From: Liolophura sinensis
Taxonomy: Eukaryota
Assembly (NCBI RefSeq): GCF_032854445.1
Contig: NC_088300.1
Location: 60,598,969-60,662,968, forward strand
Reading direction: 5' to 3'
DNA: 64,000 nucleotides
The notes beneath the pieces were generated by a model. It was not told the origin of the DNA. It was given only the letters and a program-made list of their open reading frames with translations, and did no database searches. A program made the translations under genes and the position numbers. Below are positions 24,536-36,924 of the stretch, in pieces. How positions within the stretch are numbered: position 1 is the first letter of the stretch; every line of letters begins with the position of its first letter.

Positions 24536-24717
24536 TGTCAGTACCTAACATTATACGCTTGTCTTAAGGCATATGTAGTGAGTTGCCTCAAGCTTCCCAG
24601 ATGCCAAATCTGAGTTTGGCATAATAAGCACTGTCCACAGTGTCATAAGGAAATCCATTTTTAGACCAAGAAGCTATTCTGAAACATCTATTTTAATGAC
24701 TGTGACTGAGGAAAGAG

Positions 24718-24965
24718 ATGCAATGAACCAGGAGCCTCTCACCAATGCTGTCTCTGTGAGTTCAAGTCCAGCTCATGCTGGTTTCCTCTCCGGTCATACA
24801 TGGGAAGGTCTGACATTAACCTGTTGAGGGACATGGGTTTCCCCCAGGCTCTGCCCAGTTTCCTCACACCATAATGCTGGCCGCCGTCATATGAGTGAAA
24901 TACTCTTGAGTACGGCGTAAAACACCAATCAAGTAAATAAATAAATAAATAAATAAATAATGGTC
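24718..24965 (+). mobile_element. SINE family A, near full-length copy with (AAATAA)n tail
   Basis: Body ...gggtttcccccaggctctgcccagtttcctcacaccataatgctggccgcc...cttgagtacggcgtaaaacaccaatcaagtaaataaataaataa. Confidence 0.85.
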
Positions 24966-25120
24966 AAGAGTTATGATGGGCTGACAACAGAAAATTAGTT
25001 CAGTCAAATAAGCCAGCCAGGGTGCCTTCTCCACAGTACTAATGCTTGATAATCATCAACTGACTAGTAACTGGGAATGACACTTTATTTACACATACTC
25101 CTCTCTAATAACCTCCTTAC

Positions 25121-25347
25121 CCTCGATCTCACTGGTGCACTCTATCCTTGTCTTCTCAGCCTCGGCTTGAGCTTCAGCTTTTGCTTGTCCCGTGGATTCC
25201 ACAGCCGACGTCACAGCCCGCAACTCGCACAACGTGATTCTCGCCTTCTCTGCCTCTTTCTCATTGGCCAGTTTCTGGCGCTCAAGTTTTCCTCGGGCAG
25301 CTTGTTCCATTCTCTTGGCTTCATGTGTAGCAGCTGCCTCTATAGAA
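25121..25347 (-). CDS. MVP: MVP exon 21, coiled-coil region ([76 protein letters not shown])
   Basis: Matches human [73 protein letters not shown]. Acceptor cttaag, donor gtaagg. Confidence 0.9.
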
Positions 25348-25579
25348 CTTAAGAAATCAAGAACTTAAGGTTCAAAACCTTTCTAAAAATCAATAAACTG
25401 AAGAGAATCTTTTCACACGAGACAGAATAAGTCACTCATAAAAGCAAATTCATTTTGGTGTCTGAGACCATTTTTTCCTCTCAGAACAACATACCCGTCA
25501 TATCACTACCCAATAACTTGTGGTATAAAGAAGTGGAAAATAATAGTATAAAAAAATTTTCAGTAATTCAGAAACTTAC

Positions 25580-25680
25580 TTAGTTGCGATCTCAATGGCC
25601 ATCTGAACAGACTTCATCAAACTGTCTCTCATCTTGAGGTCTACTGGTTCTATACTCTGGATGTCAATACTTGTGACCAC
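25580..25680 (-). CDS. MVP: MVP exon 20 ([33 protein letters not shown])
   Basis: Matches human [34 protein letters not shown]. The acceptor side abuts a junction-derived tandem array. Confidence 0.9.
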
Positions 25681-26310
25681 CTGGTAACAGAATACCATGG
25701 ATTTTAATACATGTGACCAACTGATAACAGAATAGTTCTGGATATCAATACTTGTGACCAAATGATAATAGATTACTCTGGAATTCAATACATGTGATCA
25801 ACTGATAACAGAATAGTTCTGGATATCAATACTTGTGAAACCCTGGTAACAGATTACTCTGGATGTCAATACATGTGACCAACTGATAACAGAATAGTTC
25901 TGGACATCAATACTTGTGACCAAATGATAATAGATTACTCTGGAATTCAATACATGTGATCAACTGATAACAGAATAGTTCTGGATATCAATACTTGTGA
26001 CCACCTGGTAACAGATTACTCTGGATGTCAATACATGTGACCAACTGATAACAGAATAGTTCTGGACATCAATACTTGTGACCAAATGATAACAGATTAC
26101 TCTGGATGTCAATACATGTGACCAACTGATAACAGAATAGTTCTGGACATCAATACTTGTGACCAAATGATAATAGATTACTCTGGATTTCAATACATGT
26201 GATCAACTGATTACAGAATAGTTCTGGATATCAATACTTGTGACCAAATGATAACAGATTACTCTGGATTTCTATACTTGAGATCAACTGATAAAAGAAT
26301 ACTGTGGATG
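25681..26310 (-). repeat. Tandem array, about 40-bp units in an 80-bp higher-order repeat, about 15 copies. It duplicates the first 29 nt of MVP exon 20 plus the acceptor ttaccag.
   Basis: Units such as attactctggatgtcaatacatgtgaccaa|ctgataacag recur upstream, in the gene sense, of the real acceptor at 25680/25681. Confidence 0.85.
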
Positions 26311-26603
26311 TCGATGCTTGTGTGATGGCCTGGTAAAAAAAATAGGTATCATTACTGTCATTACTCTGGATGTCAATACTTGTGACCAACCGATAACAGA
26401 ATACTTCTGGATATCAATATTTGTAACCACCTGACAAGAGAATACTTCTGGGTATTAATACTTGTCAGCATATGACAACAAAATACTTCTGGATATCAAT
26501 TCTTGTGACATAACAAATGATAAGAGAACACTCCATATAACATTACATGTACATACACGTATTACTGGCACTTACTGGCAAGCCCCATCAGACTTCAACC
26601 TAC

Positions 26604-26734
26604 CATGTTGTTCACATCAAATCTGAGCTGAGGTTTAGGAGGATTTCCAAACACCGCAGAATGGATGATGTCAGAGGAGTGACGATGAAACTCATCAAAT
26701 GTCACCTGGGCTACAGACGCTCGGATACAGCTGC
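26604..26734 (-). CDS. MVP: MVP exon 19 (GSCIRASVAQVTFDEFHRHSSDIIHSAVFGNPPKPQLRFDVNNM)
   Basis: Matches human [28 protein letters not shown]. Donor gtaggt. Confidence 0.85.
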
Positions 26735-27308
26735 CTGTCAATCAAATAAAAATAATCCAACCTTTGAATCAATAAGTTCAATCAGCACAGGTAAAGGAGC
26801 GGTGCCTGAATCAGAATCTGATAATACTGAAAAACGGTTGTGAGAAATATGGCAATGGCCGACCTACTTCACAATGGAGATTACTGCAAGCTTTAACTAG
26901 ATAATGTAGACTGAGTGAGTATGGCTATTACTACTGAAGTCATTAAACGCAACACACAAGCTGATAAATAATACAAGAAAATTTTAACCTCTTCCAAAAA
27001 AAATGTAAAGAAAAAATACTCCCCATTATATTGCAGATGTGACCTTATACCATTGTATGTGCTTATGGGAAAAATATAAAACAGTAACTCTCCTCAGCCT
27101 CTCGCCGTGAGTTTGCTGAATATTGCTGACACAGAGTTAAATCATAATCATTCATTCATTCATTCACTCATTCATAATAACCTCTAAGATTGTCCATTTA
27201 AGGAATTCATTTAACTGTTGTTGTTTTTTTTGTATCTAAATATACTGTGCATGTACATAAGCCACATGTAGCAACATCACCTGTTACAAACAATTCAATT
27301 GCATTTAC

Positions 27309-27387
27309 CTATTTGTCTGCAAGCAAAGCCGATAAAATCCGGTATAGCAAATATTGCTAGCTCAGACTCCTTCTTCCCTCTTGTGAA
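27309..27387 (-). CDS. MVP: MVP exon 18 (FTRGKKESELAIFAIPDFIGFACRQI)
   Basis: Matches human [29 protein letters not shown]. Confidence 0.85.
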
Positions 27388-27536
27388 CTGTTGTTAATAA
27401 AAGAATGGAACAAGTATTAAACCATAGCAGAAATTTTGTTTGTTTGGGAAAAAAAAGCATATGTATCACCTGTATACTGTGGAGGTGTAGGTGTATATAA
27501 AACAGAAGAAACACACAGAGATAAACAACCCCAAGT

Positions 27537-27563
27537 ATGGTTTATATATATGTATATATATAT

Positions 27564-27614
<51 letters not shown>

Positions 27615-27616
27615 TT
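27537..27616. repeat. (TA)n microsatellite
   Basis: Runs of tatata. Confidence 0.9.
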
Positions 27617-27877
27617 ATACAAATATTCAAATTTCTGTATTTTACCCAAAGTTTAGCATTTTTCAAGTGACATGGTTTGCTTGATTCTGATTGATTCATC
27701 CACCTTATAGGGCCATGTAAGAGTTTGTTGTGAAGTTCAGAAATATCCAGACAAACTTAAAATTGTTGGCATCAAAAGTATCATTTTACTGCACTTATTG
27801 CCTCTGAAAGTGCATTTTCACAAGCCAAACTTCAGGTGATTGACAGTACATGAAGGCTTACAAGTGCTGTTTCTCAC

Positions 27878-27937
27878 CTCAAAATGATTATTGAAGGCTA
27901 TCTGAAGTCTTAGTCTGGCATGGTCAGAAGTCTCCAC
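27878..27937 (-). CDS. MVP: MVP exon 17 (VETSDHARLRLQIAFNNHFE)
   Basis: Matches human [20 protein letters not shown]. Confidence 0.85.
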
Positions 27938-28134
27938 CTAGATGGAAGGGAGGTAAATCTGGCAGGTTATACTAAATGAATACATATACTGTACTGTTCT
28001 ACTCAAAATATCACTTTGACTGTAACCATTATGATATTACACAATGCACAAGTTATTTAAGAATTCAGCTGCTTGAATGTGAAATATGCCACACAAAAAT
28101 GACACAGTAACATTTATTGGACTCACATCCCCAT

Positions 28135-28340
28135 AATAAAATTGATTTATTTATTTTATTTATTTGATTGGTGTTTTACGCCTTACTCAAGAATATTTCA
28201 CTTATACAACGGCAGCCAGCATTATGGTTGGAGGAAACTGGCTTGGGGAAACCCACGACCATCCGCAGGTTGCTGGCAGACCTTCGGCCGGAGAAGAAGC
28301 CAACATGAGCTGGACTTATACTCACAGCGACTGCACTCAA
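28135..28340 (-). mobile_element. SINE family A copy in reverse orientation
   Basis: Tail (TTTATT)n, then gtgttttacgccttactcaagaatatttcac...gccagcattatggttggaggaaactgg...gagctggacttatactcacagcgact. Confidence 0.8.
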
Positions 28341-28686
28341 CGAAACACTGTGGAAAGTTTGTTTCCTCATTTTCTCCCCAAGTATTATGACTCATCCCCT
28401 CCCCACCTCACCCCACCCCAAGTAAAACTACTCTGTTTTCCAGGTAAAATAACTCATTTTCCCTTACGTAAAACTACTTTTTTCAATTAAAATGACTCAT
28501 TTTTCCCCAAGTAAAACTACTTTTGACTCCAAGTAACAATGGCTCTTATTTTCTCATGTAAAATAATTCAAACAAACAAATATATGTAATAACATATACA
28601 TGTATGTCACCCTGCTGACCTCCAGACAAAAATGATCAGTAACAAGGGTATTTACAAACTCACTCGTAATGACTAATCACACATAC

Positions 28687-28766
28687 CTCAATTATATCTG
28701 AAATAAAATCTGGCCCCAACATCAAGCATATAGATTTGAGGGCATTGGGCTTTTTGGGCTTCCCGG
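28687..28766 (-). CDS. MVP: MVP exon 16 (AGKPKKPNALKSICLMLGPDFISDIIE)
   Basis: Matches human [29 protein letters not shown]. Confidence 0.85.
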
Positions 28767-29311
28767 CTGAAACATAAAAATTCTGATTGATTGTCTTCAT
28801 CACGCATGCATAACAGTCAATATGTAGTCAGCTAATGCATGTGGTAACACTCACTATAGAAAACATGAACAAAGGGGTTCTACCGTTTATTTATCTGTTT
28901 GTTCGAGATTTACTTTGTTCTCCAGAATATTTAATTACTACACGTATTTTGGGAAATATCGCTGAAAAAAAGCAACAGTCAAATGTGAACCAATGGAAGC
29001 TGGATTCAAGTCTGTGACCTAATTAGTCAAGACCCAATGAGCCGTGGCCAGATTTCAAACTTGAAGTTGCATTCACATTTGATTGGTCAATTCTGTAGCT
29101 ATTATATAATGCATGCACTCATTTAAATATTACAGATTTGTCCATCACCAATGAGAAAGGTGGATAAGCGGGTAAAGGATTAAAATATTTATTTATTAAG
29201 AACTCTTGGTTTTGCTCCTTTCTATGAACTGTATGAACTTTCTATGTGCTTGTAACTCAATATTGTGAATGACCTTTACCCATGTAATTGATATGATAGG
29301 GTATAACTGAC

Positions 29312-29465
29312 CACTAAGACTGAGGACACTGAAGTTTTCATGAGGTCCCAGGATAACCAGCTCTGGTCCAAACACAACCCGAGCGCTCTTTTGTTGGTAG
29401 TTATAAACCTGTACAGCCGTGTTGCCAGGGCAACGGTATGTCACCACGCGACTTTTGTTACGCCC
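29312..29465 (-). CDS. MVP: MVP exon 15 ([51 protein letters not shown])
   Basis: Matches human [50 protein letters not shown]. Overlaps the minus-strand ORF 29196..29474. Confidence 0.9.
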
Positions 29466-30369
29466 CTGAAGCAAAAAGTCAATGGGAAATTATGATTTCC
29501 TTCACATCCACGATCAGGTAACACTGTAGTTTAATATAAAATATATTTGTCAAACTGTCAAGCACATGTACATATACAATGAGATAAGTTTCAGCATAAG
29601 AATGTATATTTGATAAAGCTGCACAAAGAAACAGGAACAGGTTCTATAGATGTTGTTTGAGTGGAAAAACTATTATGACATAATGAACTGTTCACATCAA
29701 CAATAAAAGAGCCCACCAGGGACAAAAACACCAGTGGCTAATTATTGTGACCACTGTGGTCCCGGTGGTGCTATTCTGCCCTAGCATTAAGTCAGGTGGT
29801 TTGTCAGGTGTCTTACGTGTGCACGTGTGGTACTTTCTGCACTTTCGTCTTTTCTCTTTCATGGACAATACAATTTTTTTTTGTATTTTAGAAGCCACTC
29901 AACATGAAATAAGCCAAAAATGGAATTAAAATAAACCTGAAAAATCCACCTGAATATCTTGTCCAAAACATGCTTTCATCAACTTCCTGTTTGTGAAGAT
30001 TTTTCAATCATGTAAGGATTTGAACAGGAAAATTTACCTGGGAAAGTCCACATTTTCCTCAGTTTAGATGTTTTTCAAGCTTTCTAAATATTTTTATGCC
30101 CTGCCCCGCCACAGAAAATAAGATTTATTCCATCTTTAAAACAACAATTACTTAAAATGATGTGTCCTTTGATCAAATATTCTTGAATAGGGACTACACC
30201 AAATATAAACACTTGCAAACAATTCCTTAGATTCATATCCTGCCAGATGTTTCAATTTTGTGTGGGAGTACAGTTGAATTGTTGAGAATGACGATTCCAG
30301 GCATGTGTGGGGGAAGGTTAGATGTGTATCATCTTAAAACACTGTGATGTTTCTTTTGTTTTTCAATAC

Positions 30370-30448
30370 CTGGAGGATTCCTGGATCAATAGACTGCTCA
30401 AAATAGGCAACTTTTCGAATATCTTCTGAGCCAATCCCTCCTCCTTGT
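30370..30448 (-). CDS. MVP: MVP exon 14 (RQGGGIGSEDIRKVAYFEQSIDPGILQ)
   Basis: Phase-consistent with exons 13 and 15. Weaker similarity, in a region that varies between species. Confidence 0.6.
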
Positions 30449-31215
30449 CTGGATATAACCAAAAAAAAACAACAGCACAGTTAGATAATTCTGATAGAGG
30501 AAATAAAATAAGAAATGAAATAAAGGTAATGTGATATAGATTTTATTGTTACAAGACTTTCAGACTTTACCTGAGAAAAATAAAAAACAAACAAAATAAA
30601 AACAGATAAGCAGCTAGATTTAAAATCAAGAGTCATAAAAATACATCTTTTTTTGTTTGTTTGTTTGTTTGGGAATTCACATTACTTTGAACATTATTTT
30701 GTTGACATTACTGGCACATTTATCATACTTACTCACTGAAATGCCATGACATAAGCAGATACCAGACATGCCCTACACAACATGCATGTACAGTATACTG
30801 ACAAGCCAGTGAATACTCTCCATTAAGACTAAAAAGGTGCATTCTGGGATTGTAATTTCCTCATCATGTCAGAGCATGAAAATCTGCCACTTTACCGGTT
30901 CAATTTTCCATGATGAGGGCTGCCACAGTCGTAAGCTTCAGGCTGAGTCGACATGCGATATACATTTTAGATTTATTTATACTGATTTGAGGCAGGGCAG
31001 AAATTAAGCCAGCAGTGTCTTTGCGGCTAATGGTAAAGTTGAGTCACTAAGATGTGCAGGCTTTGTTTTATTTATTTATTTATTTGATTGATGTTTTACA
31101 CCGTGTGCAGGCTTTGTAGTTGGCCTTACAAAAATCCTCATGCATGGAATTACCAAGACTGTTCAAATTTGATAAAGTATTTTAGTCTGGGAAAATTGTT
31201 ATTGCAGGTACAAAC

Positions 31216-31310
31216 CTGAGCAACTGTTCAACAAGATCAGAAAGAGGCTTTTCCCATAATTCCTCAAACTCTGTCAACATGTAAGAATCGGGACCGTGCA
31301 CAGCTCGCAC
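31216..31310 (-). CDS. MVP: MVP exon 13 (VRAVHGPDSYMLTEFEELWEKPLSDLVEQLL)
   Basis: Matches human [31 protein letters not shown]. Confidence 0.85.
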
Positions 31311-31610
31311 CTAAAAACAGGGGACATACATGCGCTAAACATCAGACTATACACACATATATTCTATACAAAAAGTAAATCAATCATACTCAAGTCTACT
31401 TCAGATAAAAAAATTGCAACTTGTTTCCAAGAAGAAAGACTTAATTCCAGATGAACAATGGCAACACAAGATTCACACCAAAATAAGCCTAACTGATAAA
31501 AGACTGGTGTAATAGCGCCTGGTAAAGCATAAGAGATCGCCACCAGTACAAACACCTTCATGCAACTGAGATTCTTAAAAATGAAGTTGACTGATCAGCG
31601 CGTGCCTTAC

Positions 31611-31671
31611 CGCCCCTGTCTGGACATCTCTGACGTATACCCCCTCATTCTCACTCAGGGGAATCTTCTCT
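31611..31671 (-). CDS. MVP: MVP exon 12 (REKIPLSENEGVYVRDVQTGA)
   Basis: Matches human [21 protein letters not shown]. Donor gtaagg. Confidence 0.85.
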
Positions 31672-32184
31672 CTGCAATGAAGTATGCATTAGGGGGCAAT
31701 TTATTATCATACAAACACTAAAGGAAAGGACGGCTCAAAAGTGTTGATAAATCATCAATAAGAGTAGCATTCCTGAGAACTGTTACATTCACACTCTTTG
31801 TTTTCTTATAATATTTTCAAAGAATTACATATACATAGTCAAATGTATTAAGCAAACAAGTAAACATATAGCCTAAGGTTATACCAATCTTATTTTGTGT
31901 TTTACGAGCAAGCAGATACTAAAAAATCCAAAATTGGAATAAAAAAAAACTGAAAATTCACTTTTCATTTTGTTTGATTTTGCTTGGTAATTTTATGATT
32001 TTCCTGTTTTTCAAAGCATTCCAATAATGTAAATATGTGTTTTTTAAGCTGTTGCTTTTTATATACTTTCCTCGGACATTGGAATAAGATTTATTCTGCT
32101 TGTAAAAAGGAATTTAAAATGAATGTGGCCAAACTGTAGACTTAGCTAACATGGTTCAACCCACAGTGTTCTCAGTTCTCCAGA

Positions 32185-35178
32185 TAACAAGGACCTCATC
32201 ACTAACATACATGTACATCTATCTCTCATCAATGATGTTAAGCTCAATAGGGGGAATATATTCACAAGGACCTCATCACTAACATACATGTACATCTATC
32301 TCTCATCAATGATGTTAATCTCAATAGGGGGAATATATTCACAAGGACCTCATTACTTACATACATGTACATCTATCTCTCATCAATGATGTTAATCTCA
32401 ATAGGGGGAATATATTCACAAGGACCTCATCACTAACATACATGTACATCTATCTCTCATCAATGATGTTAAGCTCAATAGGGGGAATATATTCACAAGG
32501 ACCTCATCAATTACATACATGTACATCTATCTCTCATCAATGATGTTCAGCTCAAAGAGGGGAATATATTCACAAGGACCTCATCAATTACATACATGTA
32601 CATCTATCTCTCATCAATGATGTTAAGCTCAATAGGGGAATATATTCACAAGGACCTCATCATTAACATACATGTACATCTATCTCTCATCAATGATGTT
32701 AATCTCAATAGGGGGAATATATTCACAAGGACCTCATCACTAACATACACGTACATCTATCTCTCATCAATGATGTTAAGCTCAATAGGGGGAATATATT
32801 CACAAGGACCTCATCAATTACATACATGTACATCTATCTCTCATCAATGATGTTAAGCTCAATAGGGGGAATATATTCACAAGGACCTCATCAATTACAT
32901 ACATGTACATCTATCTCTCATCAATGATGTTAATCTCAATAGGGGGAATATATTCACAAGGACCTCATTACTTACATACATGTGCATCTATCGCTCATCA
33001 ATGATGTTAAGCTCAATAGGGGAATATATTCACAAGGACCTCATCACTAACATACATGTACATCTATCTCTCATCAATGATGTTAAACTCAATAAGGGGA
33101 GTATATTCACAAGGACCTCATCAATTACATACATGTACATCTATCTCCCATCAATGATGTTAAGCTCAATAGGGGGAATATATTCACAAGGACCTCATCA
33201 CTTACATACATGTACATCTATCTCTCATCAATGATGTTAATCTCAATAGGGGGAATATATTCACAAGGACCTCATAACTTACATACATGTGCATCTATCT
33301 CTCATCAATGATGTTAAGCTCAATAGGGGGAATATATTCACAAGGACCTCATTACTTACATACATGTACATCTATCTCTCATCAATGATGTTAAGCTCAA
33401 TAGGGGAATATATTCACAAGGACCTCATCACTAACATACACGTACATCTATCTCTTATCAATGATGTTAAGCTCCATAAGAGGAATATATTCACAAGGAC
33501 CTCATCACTTACATACATGTACATCTATCTCTCATCAATGATGTTAAGCTCAATAGGGGGAATATATTCACAAGGACCTCATCACTAACATACATGTGCA
33601 TCTATCTCTCACCAATGATGTTAAGCTCCATAAGAGGAATATATTCACAAGGACCTCATCAGTAACATACATGTACATCTATCTCTCATCAATGATGTTA
33701 ATCTCAACAGGGGGAATATATTCACAAGGACCTTATCAGTAACACACACGTACATCTATCTCTCATCTCATCAATGATGTTAATCTCAATAGGGGGAATA
33801 TATTCACAAGGACCTCATCACTAACATACATGTACATCTATCTCTCATCAATGATGTTAAGCTCAAAGAGGGGAATATATTCACAAGGACCTCATCACTA
33901 ACATACATGTGCATCTATCTCTCCCCAATGATGTTAAGCTCAATAGGGGGAATATATTCACAAGGACCTCATCAATTACATACATGTACATCTATCTCTC
34001 ATCAATGATGTTAATCTCAATAGGGGGAATATATTCACAAGGACCTCATCACTTACATACATGTACATCTATCTCTTATCAATGATGTTAAGCTCAAAGA
34101 GGGGAATATATTCACAAGGACCTCATCAATTACATACATGTACATCTATCTCTCATCAATGATGTTAATCTCAATAGGGGGAATATATTCACAAGGACCT
34201 CATCACTAACATACATGTGCATCTATCTCTCACCAATGATGTTAAGCTCAATAGGGGGAATATATTCACAAGGACCTCATCAATTACATACATGTACATC
34301 TATCTCTCATCAATGATGTTAATCTCAATAGGGGGAATATATTCACAAGGACCTCATCACTAACATACATGTACATCTATCTCTTATCAATGATGTTAAG
34401 CTCAAAGAGGGGAATATATTCACAAGGACCTCATCACTAACATACATGTGCATCTATCTCTCACCAATGATGTTAAGCTCAATAGGGGGAATATATTCAC
34501 AAGGACCTCATCAATTACATACATGTACATCTATCTCTCATCAATGATGTTAATCTCAACAGGGGGAATATATTCACAAGGACCTCATCACTTACATACA
34601 TGTACATCTATCTCTCACCAATGATGTTAACCTCAATGGGGGAATATATTCACAAGGACCTCATCAATTACATACATGTACATCTATCTCTCACCAATGA
34701 TGTTAAGCTCAATAGGGAGAATATATTCACAAGGACCTCATCACTTACACACATGTGCATCTATCTCTCACCAATGATGTTAAGCTCAATAGGGGGAATA
34801 TATTCACAAGGACCTCATCAATTACATACATGTACATCTATCTCTCATCAATGATGTTAAGCTCAATAGGGAGAATATGTTCACAAGGACCTCATCACTT
34901 ACACATATGTGCATCTATCTCTCATCAATGATGTTAAGCTCAATAGGGGGAATATATTCACAAGGACCTCATCAATTACATACATGTACATCTATCTCTC
35001 ATCAATGATGTTAACCTCAATGAGGGGATATATTCACAAGGACCTCATCACTAACATACCGGGATACATGTATATACACAAGGACTTCATCATGAACATA
35101 CACTTTACCTCTGGTCAATGATGTTAACCTCAATAAGAGGATATATTCACAAGGACCTCATCACTAACATACATGTAC
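32185..35178 (-). repeat. 3 kb tandem array, 78-bp unit, about 39 copies. It duplicates the 3' 45 nt of MVP exon 11 plus the donor and the first 22 nt of the intron.
   Basis: Minus-strand unit gtccttgtgaatatattccccctattgagcttaacatcattgatgagag atagat gtacatgtatgtaattgatgag. It is contiguous with the true exon 11 donor at 35179. The plus-strand ORFs inside the array are periodic artefacts. Confidence 0.9.
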
Positions 35179-35248
35179 CTCTTGTCAATGATGTTAACCT
35201 CAATTGGGGGGATATATTCACAAGGACCTCTAATCATCCATCTGTCAC
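35179..35248 (-). CDS. MVP: MVP exon 11 (GDRWMIRGPCEYIPPIEVNIIDK)
   Basis: Matches human [25 protein letters not shown]. The donor gtacat abuts the 3 kb junction-derived tandem array. Confidence 0.8.
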
Positions 35249-35667
35249 CTGGCTCTCTGTCTATTTTAACTGAGAGCAATGAACAATGAGAAACATTAAT
35301 ATTTTAATTCATTACAATCGGATAGTCAAGCGTTTTGAGAATTTATACCTAAGAATGATGAAAAATGAGAAACTGTAAGAAACAAGGAGAAATATTACCA
35401 TTTTATTCCATGGGATTTTATGAGCTTTATAAGAATCAATACTGGAGCATTATTCTTACAATTTTCAAAGTACAACGATAACTGATTAAACTTCTCATCT
35501 GCCTAGAGGGTAGCCTTTAATTTCTCATTTACCAGAGAACAACCATGGTCATTAGAACAATTCAAATGATCTTGACATTTATTTATGAAGTAAAAACTGT
35601 TATCAGCATTTTATCAGAGACATTAATTACGAGAAAAAACATCCTGAAATGAACGTTCCCATCTTAC

Positions 35668-35769
35668 CATCCTCAGATGTGTCCGTTATTGCATCCAAAG
35701 CTTGTACAACAACAGCCTCATTCTCTGACAACAGGTGGCAGTTCTCAACACCACTCAACAGTCGCTCAC
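35668..35769 (-). CDS. MVP: MVP exon 10 (GERLLSGVENCHLLSENEAVVVQALDAITDTSED)
   Basis: Matches human [35 protein letters not shown]. Confidence 0.8.
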
Positions 35770-36104
35770 CTGAAACCGCACATCTTGTCAGTTACAGTAA
35801 AAATCTTTATTACTGTTCAGTGTAGACAAACAATATGGCATGTTTCAACGAGAGTTTTATAATGATAAAACTGGTAAAAGTTTCTTAAAGATAAACCAAA
35901 ATTCTTCAGGGTGCTATTTCATAAAATCAACTTCAAAGAGAAACCATTTGGGCACTTGACTCAAAAGGTTCATTTATCTCCCCTCGTCCTATATTCTCTA
36001 CTCGCAACGATAAAGACGCCAATAAGTTGAAGAATTCCAAATTGGGGACAAAACAAAAACAGATAAACACTACAAGTGAGGCCAATCTGCCTGCCAAGTC
36101 TCAC

Positions 36105-36246
36105 CTGGGTGCAGAAAGAAGGTGGCCAATCCCTTACGCAGTTCTCTTTTCCCCAGCTGGGGTCGACCTTTCTTGTCTATGGGGTCCAACACAACGCAAT
36201 ACTGACCCCGACTTAACACGGTCCTCTGCACGTGGCAAATCACTTC
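36105..36246 (-). CDS. MVP: MVP exon 9 (EVICHVQRTVLSRGQYCVVLDPIDKKGRPQLGKRELRKGLATFFLHP)
   Basis: Matches human [46 protein letters not shown]. The antisense + ORF 36027..36260 is spurious. Confidence 0.85.
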
Positions 36247-36857
36247 CTAAAGGGAGATAATCAGCACGCAGAGCATGCAATTACAACAATGCAACAAACT
36301 TATCTCAACAACACAGCCACCTGCTGTAGCACAACTGGGCTGTGCTAAAATTTGAAAGTATTAAATTATTGCATCTGGCTGTACGTGGATAAAGTACACA
36401 AAACTAAAAATGATGACTTTTTGGAAATCAAACTTTTGATACTTCCTTTAGCATACAAAGTGCACTGCTCGGCTACATGAGGCTGAAATATACTTACTTC
36501 GCTATACTTTCTTTTACTCAAGTCTAATGACTGGTGTTCATATTCAAAATTTTAATTTAACCAGCTGTTACTTGACAGACCTCCCACATTAAAAGCTGCA
36601 ATACATGTAGGTGTATTCATATAAAAAAAAGTCCGCTACTAAAAAATAAAATCACAGGTTTTCAAAGACTTTGAAAGTGGTCAATCCAACCAATGTAGTT
36701 TTGTCTCCAAAATGAAATTAAAAATGTGCATAAATTGCACTGAAAGTTGCTCTTTCATATGCAAAAAGGTTGAGGAATTAGGGTATGTAAAATATTAGTA
36801 ATTTCATTATTTATGTCAAGGTAGTTCAATTTAATTCAAATGAAATAATTCACATAC

Positions 36858-36924
36858 CACACCAATTTGTGGGTAATATACTTCTGTGTTTTTATTGGTG
36901 ATGAGCCATTCATCTCCAGCAATT
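36858..36924 (-). CDS. MVP: MVP exon 8 (RIAGDEWLITNKNTEVYYPQIGV)
   Basis: Matches human [24 protein letters not shown]. Confidence 0.8.

Noticed and set aside
32596-35121. Five plus-strand ORFs of 70-99 aa with periodic peptides such as MYIYLSSMMLSSIGEYIHKDL
   Set aside because: They lie entirely within the 78-bp tandem array in an MVP intron. The reading frame is open only because the unit length is a multiple of 3. They are on the opposite strand to the gene.
36027-36260. Plus-strand ORF of 77 aa
   Set aside because: It is antisense to MVP exon 9, which has strong homology on the minus strand.
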